Source of the DNA: Octopus sinensis
Taxonomy: Eukaryota
NCBI RefSeq assembly: GCF_006345805.1
Contig: NC_043012.1
Coordinates: 12,772,001 to 12,836,000 of the forward strand
DNA length: 64,000 nt
Reading direction: 5' to 3'
Positions 53,270 to 64,000 of this stretch are shown in pieces. The translations under genes and the position numbers were made by a program. Within the stretch, counting starts at the first letter, position 1. Each line of letters opens with the position of its first letter. Below the pieces are notes generated by a model. It worked only from the letters and a program-made list of their open reading frames with translations. It had not been told where the DNA came from and ran no database searches.

Positions 53270-53725
53270 TGGAACGTAAAAAGGCACCCACTACACGCTC
53301 GGAGGCTATCCAGCTGTAAAAACATTGCTAGATAAGACTGTAGCTTGGTGCAGTCGCTGGCATTTTACTAGAACTCAGATAACCAGTCCAACGCATGCAA
53401 GCATGGAAAACGGGGGTTAAACGAAGGTAGTGATGATCATGATGAACCTGATATATATACTGGAAACGGGACGTTATGTGCCAGGCATGGCTCGAGGAGG
53501 AACAAAGAATATACATGCATATACATGCGTGTCTGTCTTTGTCCCCGCTGCCAACGCTTGACAGCCGGTGATGGTGTGTTTACGTCACCGTAACTTAGCC
53601 GTTCAACAAAAAAGACCGATAAAATAAGTACTAGACTTACATAGAATGAGTCCTGCTGTCGATTTCTCCAACTAAAGCCGGTGATCCAGCATGGTCGCAG
53701 TCAACTGATTGAAACTAGTAAAGGA
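53270..53725 (+). mobile_element. Two SINE 3' segments (53270-53445 and 53525-53725)
   Basis: acgtaaaaaggcacccactacac..gcaagcatggaaa..gttaaacga..gatgat; the second segment matches 36390-36580. Confidence 0.8.
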
Positions 53726-53730
53726 ATATG

Positions 53731-53795
<65 letters not shown>

Positions 53796-54434
53796 TAGAT
53801 AGATAGATAGATAGATAGAGAGAGACAGAGAGAGAGACAGAGATCAGTCTTACTCGGATACGTTGGAAGATAGAGAGTAGTATATCCTTGCTTTTTGAGT
53901 GGAGTTCCAAATATTCTTAATATATTCAGAGTACGATTATAAACACATTTGATTCTTAAGCTATCAACGATTTCATTATTTCTCTCTCTTCTATGAAATG
54001 TGAACGCCTGCTATGACACCGGATACACTTTCTGTAATTTTTCCCGAAGTTATCACGTAGCGTTTTCAACTGAAATCATGAACATATAAACCCACGTAAT
54101 TATTAATAATAACCGTAAAGTATAACATAATTATCAGTAATTAATTATAATTACCATATTACATAATTATTTATAATTAACAGTTGTTATTAAAATCACA
54201 TAAGATTTATTTTAAATTACATGGCATCTCACTGGAAAATCCATAAACATCCATAAGTGTTATTGAAACATCTGTGCAGTTTGAGAGGAAGTTTGTTTTA
54301 AAGTGTCACACATAACGGAGTATCCTATGCTTTGTAACTTATAGTATCGATGCAATATGAAGAAAGACACTCTTCTTTGAGTTGAATTAGATACAAAACT
54401 AGGAAACACTACATATAGCTTCTATATTATTCTA

Positions 54435-54602
54435 CTTAAAATTTAGGTTCCAGATTTTGGTAAAAGGCCACCATGTTCGGGCAGGGATAAGTCAATTACA
54501 TCCGCTCAATTGCTCAATTGGTACTGTTTTTATTGACACCAGTGGCATTTGAGCTCAGAACCTAAACACGGACGAAATGCCGCTTAGCATTTTTCCCGGT
54601 GT
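54435..54602 (-). mobile_element. Degenerate SINE
   Basis: gtcaattacatc..ggtact..ctcagaac.taa..gacgaaatgccgcttagcattt resembles the reversed 22316 family. Confidence 0.6.
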
Positions 54603-55677
54603 ACTAAAAATTAGAAAATGATATCGAAGAACACAGAAAGAAAATTAAGGTGGGAAAATGATGAAGTTATAATAATTTCTCCATTGATGATTAAGGATGT
54701 CAATGACATCCAACATACGGCACATAAAGATAGGAAATAACACTATAGAATAGCAGAGAATCATACCTGTCCCCGTCTACGACACATATTGCAAGTGTCT
54801 AAACCAATGAAATTGATGGCATTTCATTATCTCAAATGTTTAATATTCCAAAGCTGCAATAATATAAACGTTGCCTGAGGTTTCCAGAGTGTTAACTTCA
54901 CCAGAAATCTGTGGAGAACGTAACTGGTAAGACTGTTCTTCATTTAGGAAGCAGTCAAGTAAAGGAATGGTAATAAACCAGTACTTTTACGCTTACACTA
55001 CGCATTTTATATCTCTGAAACAAGAATTGTGGACTATTATATGTAGCAAATACGTCATACTCCGCATAAAGACTTTTTGATATTTAGATGTCTCTATGTC
55101 TTATGCAGCACTGTTCACATCGTGCTAACGTTCAGACTCATACAAAATAGTCTTCGTTAAAATAAATTGTAGACTAATGAGTGTGTGCCAGTAATTGCTA
55201 AATTTGTGGAAAGGATCCCTATGGATTTGCAATAGGGTATATCTTGCAGTGTTTTCAGGATATAGAATATCATTCCAGATATTTACATTGCACCTGTATT
55301 TTAGCGCAACTGTATGTATTCACTTCCAGCAGATTTATTTTGGCCTACCGCTGCTAATATCGAATCTCTAGAAATGAAGAGGGAAGAAGCATACTAACTT
55401 TTATTCAATGCTTTATTTGAATGTGGTTTGCAAAATAGATAATTCTGGAAGTTATCATCTCATCTTATTCTTCTGAGTATACTGACATTTTGGGGTTGTT
55501 CTACCTCTATCTAAATGTTCTAATATCTACACAGCCTTGACTTTTGTTATCCCATTATGCAAAAAATTCTTATATACACGCGCTGACATGTGACCAACGT
55601 TGAGCCCCTTATTTGCAAAATTACCGAACCCGGAAGTTAACTATGGTCTGCCTATAGCACTTATTCAGCATTACCTC

Positions 55678-55712
<35 letters not shown>

Positions 55713-57332
55713 ATATTATATATATATATATAATATCCACACAAGTAATATAGGGATGAAAGACATCCAATCTTTCGCTGTCTGAGTCCCATACCTAAAT
55801 TTGCAGAAAGAAAGGGCTTTATAAGTAACAAGGGTATATCTTAAATTATACAAAATTGATAGAAAATGGAGAAGTATACAGTTTGGCAATTAAAAAATTG
55901 AAATTCAAAATTTGTTAGCATAACTGTATATTATATTCTTTATTGTATATTATATTCCTATAATAATACAATATAATAAGTAATAAATATCTAATACAAA
56001 TGACATCCGTTTTTTCAATTCTTGGCCATAAGAAAATTGTAAAAATTCATTGAATTTTGCCAAGGATTTTCTCACTTTTATTTCTTATGTATATTGCTGT
56101 TCACATATCAAAGAAAACCGAATTTAAATATATTTCTTTAAAAGTGTGATCGTTATTAATTAAAAACGAAGAGGGAGACAAAAATGAAAAACTAACCAAT
56201 ATAATGGCCTTAATATATGTTTGCATGCTATTAAATATTCTAACCTGAATATATCTTAGCGTACTAGTTTTTCTATAGCAGGAAAATAATTTTAACAATA
56301 TATTCAAAATTCCATTACTAAATAAGAAATATCCCATTCACTCTTTCATATTAAAATACTTTGCTATAATAACAATACGCATTTTATCCAGTGGTAAGTA
56401 ACAAAATAATATGTTTATACACTATATCATCTCTAGTCAAATAGTAAATGATATTATAAATTAGATTACATGACTTATTTATAATCATTACTTCAAATTT
56501 TTGAATTATGTAGTTGATATAGGAAAGTTTGAAAACGAAAATCATAATACCAATATTACTGTAAAATTTAAATAAATGCTATCCAAGTAGCTTTCCAAAA
56601 CAAATTACTCTCTCGCATACTTTAAAATTTCACAATTAGAATTAGAATTCAGATTAATATTTTCGTAGGGGAAAATATCTAATCTTGATATTTATATTCA
56701 TTTATACTCAGGGAAGAATAGAAGGGACATAACTTTATAAAATTAATTTACAACGTATGTTTGTAAGATGGTGTACAATAAATATTATTTATGCAAGAAC
56801 ATTTTCAATCTAAACAAAATTTTGAATATAAATAAATAACAATTTCTTATTTCCAGGGAAAATAATTAACTTTATACCAAAACGTTTAATATTAAATGCT
56901 TAAACAATATAATACTAGAAATATTTAGAATGGCTTCTACTATAAAATTAAATATAAATCAATAGCATTCCATATAAGATTATTTAATATAAAATTAAAT
57001 AACTTTACGAATTTCTAAAACTTTCAATATTATTACAATAACTCTCTTCCATAATTAACATTAAATGAAAATTACTTTATTTCTTAGAGGTATATAATAT
57101 ATTGTAATTCGTATAATAAACGCAGGTATATATACACATATGCACACACACTCAAACACTTTTACACACACACACACACACGCATGCACATATATATATT
57201 ATACATACATATACATAAACATAAGGATAAATATACATATCCGTATATACATATATGTATGAATAACTACTGACACATATATGTACACATAGACATACAT
57301 AGACACACGCACATATATATATATATACATGC

Positions 57333-57363
<31 letters not shown>

Positions 57364-57395
57364 CATATATATATATATGTATATTTACATATATA

Positions 57396-57428
<33 letters not shown>

Positions 57429-57959
57429 CATACACATACTTGCATACTTATACACACACAAAGACATACATACACATACTCAGAATATACTTACATATAT
57501 ATTCATATAATATATAAAAAAATTAATATCTTTATGAAATAAATAAAAAGATAATAACCATAAATAATAGAATTAGAAATTAAAAAGCAAGTTATGTATA
57601 TAATTTTACCAAATTTAATATCTGCTAATATCTTCTATAGAATTAAGATTTCATATAATATAATAGAATTTAATTACCTTTAACTAAAAAATTCCTATAA
57701 GATAATATACTCACCATAAACTTTTAGTAAATCTTTAGTATCCTAATACTTATTAAGTTATGGATATTAATTAAATGATTCCAATCTATTTAGTAACTAA
57801 TAAAAATAATAATAGCATAAGTATATATACACAAACGTATATATATATATATAAAATTACATACCCATATGTATATATACATATATATGTATAAAATTTT
57901 CTCAGAATATGTATTCTGTATCGTATTACTAAATGCAATATTGATTGAAACCAAATCAA

Positions 57960-57962
57960 ATA

Positions 57963-58027
<65 letters not shown>

Positions 58028-58045
58028 CAATAATAATAATCATAA
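57960..58045. repeat. (AAT)n microsatellite
   Basis: Direct reading. Confidence 0.95.
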
Positions 58046-58080
58046 TAGTGCAGGCACACATATACAGTTGCATTTATACA

Positions 58081-58114
<34 letters not shown>

Positions 58115-58199
58115 ACTGTCTCTCTCCATATATATATATATCTATATATATATCTATATATATATATATATATACCTATATATACATAAGTACATATAC

Positions 58200-58700
58200 G
58201 ACCGGTTCGCTGAACACCTCCGAGACATTGAACCCGGCAATGAAACCCCAGTCGCGTGCCATTTCAGCTCTACCAGTCACTCTTTGCAACACCTCTCCTC
58301 TCCATGTTCGGATTGTCTTTGCACGTGTGCCATCCGGACTCCCGTTTGCGCCATGAACAGGGATTAATCTTCTCTCTTTGCTCCTTTGCTCCACTTGGGC
58401 TCAACTCTCCTCCCCTCGCCTCTTTCCCCCTGACACCTACTTCCTCCCACCCACCTCTCCCCTCTTGCTCCGACTCCTACTTCTTCTCTTCACTCTTACC
58501 CACATTCACCTTCCCATCCTTCATTGTCACCCCTCCCTCTTAATCCCACCCACACCTACACATTCCACCTCCTCCTTGCCTATCCTACCCCATTTCACCT
58601 CACCCATCCCTTTCACCCAGTCACACATACCCCACCTCTACCCCTACGTTTAGCCTAACCTACACTCCACCCTTGTTTCCCCACTCTATGTGTTCACTAA
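58200..58700 (+). mobile_element. Penelope-like element 3' end: GIY-YIG endonuclease C-terminus plus C-rich tail
   Basis: DRFAEHLRDI..GN..PVA.HFSS..HSL, then after a frameshift GL.LH.C..DSRLRHEQ.LIFSL.S.APLGLN. Confidence 0.8.
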
Positions 58701-58704
58701 CCTG

Positions 58705-58979
58705 TATTGTGGGGGGCAGATTTATCCGTCGTGGATGGTGGTTCCTCGACGGAGCGATATTCCTGTTTGTACAATATAGTGGTTACTAATATAGGGTTCA
58801 CAATTCTACTTCAAACAAGGTGAACTATTTAAGATCAAATCAAATCTCACTTGCGCCTCGGAAAAACTACTCTATGCCATGGCATGCTTAGAATGTGGTA
58901 ACCACTACATTGGACAAACAGAAATATCACTCCGTCGAGGAACCACCGTCCGCAAAGAACAAATCCACCACCCCCAATA
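58705..58979. repeat. Diverged inverted repeat (arms ~58705-58786 and 58898-58979), possible MITE
   Basis: ggtggttcctcgacggag.gatatt.ctgtttgt.caat.tagtggttac is present in both orientations. Confidence 0.8.
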
Positions 58980-59289
58980 AAGAACAGGTTAGTGAACACA
59001 CAGAAAGTTGTGCTAGGAATCTTAATCCTAATTTCCAAATCTTCCCCTTCTATCAATGTTCACCGAATACCTCAATGCAACAAATATTTTCATCAATAAA
59101 TATCTTCCCCAACTTTTAGAGCAGTAGATACAATAACATAGTAGTATATGAACTTGGTAGTTTAGGGTGTGGTATAATAACGCATCCGAAATGAATGTGT
59201 AGAATAGTAATACATTTAAAATAAATCATACAAGTGAAATTTTCCGTCACAACATCACTTAGTTTAGAGAAGGGAAGAAATAGTTTGCT

Positions 59290-59480
59290 GAGAAAGAAAA
59301 CTAATTACGAACGCAATGGCAAAGGCGACGGAAACGAACAGGTGTAATATCCTGCTACAAGAAATTACAATTGAAAATAAATGTCAAGACTACAACATCG
59401 ATGTCGTATACATCATTTGCAAAGCATCAAAGGGCCGAGAAATAAAGAACATGCCTGGATCTCCCCGGTGCGAGATTAAT
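59290..59480 (+). pseudogene. Possible Tc1-like transposase N-terminal remnant
   Basis: MAKATET.R..I, VY.I.K..K.....K..PGSPR is a loose HTH/GRP-like pattern only. Confidence 0.3.
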
Positions 59481-59679
59481 TTTTTTAAAAGACAATTTCA
59501 AATAAATATACATACATACACTCACGTATATACATATATATATCTATCTACATACATAGAAAATTATTACATATATGTTGGGTTCATGCATAATTATTGC
59601 GACTTCTTTTCAATAAATTTTATTCAACAAAAACCATAGCAATATTTAACACAAACACCTTTAAATAACGCTCTGTCCA

Positions 59680-59823
59680 TCTACCAAGCAAATGGGAAGC
59701 TGTATTTGAATTAGAAGGTGAATAAGCTCCGGAATAATCACTTAACGTTTTGTAACATGTTATTGTTTTTCTTGAATAAAATTTGTAGGAAACAAGCGGC
59801 AATAATTATGCACCCACCCAATA
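59680..59823 (+). mobile_element. Mariner 3' remnant with TIR
   Basis: LPSKWEAVFELEGE*APE* followed by aataattatgcacccacccaata. Confidence 0.65.
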
Positions 59824-60071
59824 CATGCTCACACATATGTATGTATGTATGTACTTATGTAAGTATGTATGTATTATGTATGTATGTACATTTGTATGTA
59901 TTATCTATCTATCTATATAGTGTTATTCATTTATTCATAAGTGATTACCAATAGGGACGAAATATTCTAAATGCTTACTTTGCATTGCTTTACGTTTCAA
60001 AAATGCCAACTCTCTGGTTAGATGAGCAGGACGACATAATAATAACAATAATAATATATATATATATATAT

Positions 60072-60369
60072 ATCACGTGATCACGTGACTGACCAGACCA
60101 TCAGACGTTGTTACACATCGCTGGTCACAATGCGTTCGCAATATTCGAATGACGCCGCCCCGCTGGCTAAGCGAGCAGGCCAACAGAAGAAAGAATGGGA
60201 AAAAGAGTGCTGAAAGAATACAGCAGGGATCACCCCCCCTGTCGGAGCCTCGCGGAGCTTTCAGGTATTTTCGCTCAATAAACACTCACAACGCCCGGTC
60301 TGGGAATCGAAACCGCAATTCTACGACCGCGAGTCCGCTGCCCTAACTACTGGGCCATTGTGACTCCAC
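60072..60369 (-). mobile_element. tRNA-derived SINE, apparently full length
   Basis: Minus strand head tggcccagtagttagg (A box), gtttcgattcc (B box), and a (cacgtgat)2 tail. Confidence 0.85.
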
Positions 60370-60725
<356 letters not shown>

Positions 60726-60739
60726 GCAAAGTAATGTAC

Positions 60740-61460
60740 AGAGCGGACCTGGCTACATCGAGCGCATACAAGGAGCCTTGCCAACCACTGCGCACGTCAA
60801 CCACAACCAACAGAGAGGAGATGGCCTCCCCTAATGCCTGCACAGTCGTCACGTTCTTTTTGTTGCTAAATATTGGGGACCATATTGCATCACAGCAACA
60901 AATGCAATTTTTTTTTCCTGAGACACCTTGCTGCATACAATTAGGTTCTAGACATAGCACTCATGGAAACTCATCTATGTCTTGATATAGAGGATGTAGA
61001 TGTACATGTACCAAAATATACCATACTGCGAACAGACAGAAGGGAAAGGAGCCGGGGTGGAGTTGCTGTATACATCTGTGAAGACGTCACACCCCAGGTT
61101 TTACTGCCATACTCAAACTCAGTATGTGACACTCTATTTGTATACATAAGACAACACAATATAGTCATATGCAGTACGTATCGTCCACCGGATGTTACAA
61201 ACCACACAGGCAAATTTGAAGATTGCTTCACAAGAATTAAAGAAATTCTCATGAAACTAGAACATATTTCTTATGGGTTATTTCAACTTCCCCAAGATCA
61301 AATGTCCCCAAAGCCTTATGCTCTCAAGAATGGCTCATTGCAAAGAAGCACAGGTGGTGTCCTTGCTCAATCTCACCACTGCCCTTTTCATGGAGCAGGT
61401 TGTTCTCAGAACATTTAGGTCGAAAACCATTTTGGATCTCTGCTACACAAACAACACGGT
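60740..61460 (+). mobile_element. CR1-clade LINE, APE endonuclease fragment
   Basis: ETHL...I.D..V.VPKY.ILRTDR..RSRGGVAVYI, STYRPPD, G.FNFPKI, ILDLCYTNN. Confidence 0.88.
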
Positions 61461-63554
61461 CATGAGTTTGCAGTTATAATGTTCCCCTACGAAGCAAAAA
61501 TCCAGGCCAGGTTGTTCGTAGAAGACAAACTGTCACCCCATGCATACCAGTCTTCCTTCTCCGTGAGACCGATGATATCCGAGGGATAGACAAAGGCAGA
61601 TACACCTTGGTACCAGTGACATCGAACCTAAAATCTACAGCGGAGAGACCTGGAGCAACCCGATATAAAGTGTGTTGCTCAGTAACGCAGCACACAGCTC
61701 GAGTCCATCTCACAACCTCACGGGTAACCACTGAACATGATCTTAGAGAAATATCTCAGTGTCCTCAATTTCATATACTTGATCAAGTACTACAACTGAT
61801 TTTATATTAAACTCCATATAAGAAATCCTTAATGTATTGAAGTAATCGCCTATTTTATACTTCTTGTATATGTCTATGTATTTCATATGAATCAGTTACA
61901 CGTATTGAAATCTCTTTAATTTTCTCTAGACATGTAAAAATTCAGAGATTACCTTTTCCTTGAAATCATCTCTTTCATTTGGGAGAAAATTTAGTACTAC
62001 ATAATTGTTCTCCTTTACCAAATGACAGAAATGTTTTGTATAAACCAGACATTTCTCTCTCATTATATTAAATGTACACTTAGCCATCATTGTTATGGTT
62101 CTTACATCACATTTGGTTTGTTTATACAAATTATGAAAGCCATATATGTGTTCTAATTTTCGTTATGTGTATCTCCTGACGAAGACAATGTTGACGAATG
62201 TTGAAGATGAAAAACGCGTTTGCGATTGTCCCTGTTTTAAATTTCATCTAATAATCGCCTTAGTAGCATGTCATCTTTTAATAATTTTCCCTTTTAAAGA
62301 TTGTCTCCCTTTTCTGAGTAGTACGTAGTTATCATCAAGTGTTTGCTGAACCTACTCTGGTAGCGAAATTTCAATAAACAAAATATCTATCTTCAATATT
62401 TTCTCATGTCTGTTTTGTTGAATGTGTCTGCGTTTGTATGAGTGCATATTTATATAAAGTGTACACAAATATACATACAATATCTTTTATATTCTGTACT
62501 TGCTGTAGTCGTTAGACTGCACTCATGCTGGACAATCTCCTGAAGAATTTAGTTAACCAATTCCACTGAGTTCTACATCTTAAATTTGGTTTATAGTCTG
62601 TACATCTCTCTATGCCAAACTGTTAATTTTCAGAGATATACAATGATAAATGCCGGTGGACAAATTGTTGAATGCAAAAGCAAACCCGCTTGCAAATGCA
62701 CAAAGCAGGCAGATAGACATGATTTTATCTACTCACATACACATACTTGAGTGTATGTTTGTGTTTGTGCTTCTGTGTGTATGTGTGAATATGTGTTTGT
62801 TTTTGTGGATATGTGTGTTTGTGTTTGTGTGTGTGTAATAGAGAGGAAAGGTGTGCGTAGAGAGGAAAGGTTAAATAAGAAAAACCTGGAGAAAATGAAA
62901 TGCAAAAATTTGATTTAGAATTACCAGTCTATAAGCTAATCTCTTGTTCGCAAATATATTCAATGCTATTCGATTGATGTAGGAAAACCTTATTCATAGG
63001 AGCTAACAAACAAATTTATACCAATACAGCGATATGTATGCATATATTTATGTATCTAAGTACACAAATTTACACCCACACATTAAAACAGGTCCACTTA
63101 TAATTATACCATTTTAGTTTAGGTAGTTATAGAGTAAGACGGCAGACAGCAACCAATTAGTTTAAAGACTTCGTCGCAAGTTAAACATATCTGCTTTATT
63201 TCCGTACGGATAATTTAGTGGTTTTATATATATATATATATATATCAGGACATCATTCTGTTCAGTGAATTTCGAAAAGGATATTATACCTAGATTGCTC
63301 ATCGACAAGAAGATAATTGTTGTCAATTTAGTACACATTAATGACTATATATATATGTGTGTGTGTGTGTGTGTATGCACGCGCGTGCGTGTGTGTGCGT
63401 GTATAGTCACATACCGATACTGTATCCTAGTATATCGGATGCTGCTGTCGAGTAGAAACAAATGCATTATGCACACCTAACCACGCATAGGTACACACAC
63501 TTTCGCACACATACACAGACACACGGAGACTAGCATTACCATATTATCACTCTC

Positions 63555-63595
<41 letters not shown>

Positions 63596-63629
63596 TATAT
63601 GTATGTATATGACGTCAAGAATCCTTCTG

Positions 63630-64000
63630 ATGCTAATATTCTATAGAAACGCCCTATATAAATGTGCTGGGGAAAATAACATACAATTTAATGCAGGCAG
63701 ATTCCAAGCTCTGCGCTACAAATTGGTGCTCAGAAATCACGACAACGATACTTTGGACCAAAAGGAGCGGCAATCTCAAAATTACATTTGGTTCCTTTTC
63801 CCGAGATTGATACGAGCAATGATGCCTTGTTTTACCCACATATCATTATGACGGTGGCAGTGTGCAGGCGAATGGACAGAAAGATTCTGAGAAACGTTAG
63901 AACAAGGGACCAGGAAACTACGCTGGTCTTATGGACGACTTGTGTCCTCAGCGGTCTTGGCTACAGTTCTCAACATTGGCCAACCTACAGTGTCAGATTA
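63630..64000 (+). mobile_element. CR1-clade LINE, RT C-terminal fragment (runs off window)
   Basis: ENNIQFNAGRFQALRY, ILRNVRTRD.ETTLVLW.T.VL..L.YSSQHW. Confidence 0.8.

Noticed and set aside
54889-54933. 39-nt candidate exon (ttccag|...|gtaaga, VLTSPEICGERN)
   Set aside because: An isolated match of this kind is expected by chance in 64 kb; RNA-seq would be needed.
55850-57790. Extremely AT-rich block considered as a mitochondrial insertion
   Set aside because: No mitochondrial tRNA, rRNA or protein motifs were recognised.
61470-61750. GC-richer block with short ORFs after the CR1 APE fragment
   Set aside because: Probably another repeat, but no diagnostic motif allows a call.
62170-62225. 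ctgacga...gaaaaacgcgtt hammerhead-like motif
   Set aside because: The core and palindrome are present but stem I and stem II do not pair; possibly a decayed fourth motif.

Overview
Strongly AT-rich, microsatellite-dense animal genomic DNA with no recognisable intact host protein-coding gene, so probably intergenic or intronic. The SINE and transposon complement resembles Octopus (coleoid cephalopod); this is recognised by eye, not verified. Almost all ORFs in the track are microsatellite artefacts or decayed transposon fragments: several mariner lineages, one Tc1, a Tx1/L1 LINE, CR1 LINEs, R4/Dong-like pieces, a Penelope GIY-YIG fragment, a small Helitron-like element and many tRNA-derived SINEs. 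The most interesting signal is three short non-coding elements next to or inside microsatellites that each carry a type I hammerhead ribozyme motif: 166-264 (-); a 363-bp tandem pair at 7265-7326 and 7628-7689 (+) with a U3-A8 core; and a ~400-bp palindrome at 37428-38291 with the motif on both strands. Two show the inverted-plus-tandem layout of Penelope pseudo-LTRs or retrozymes. The window also holds several diverged foldbacks, a triplicated 1.4-1.5 kb unit and an unclassified dispersed repeat. Coordinates were read by hand, and element edges are approximate.
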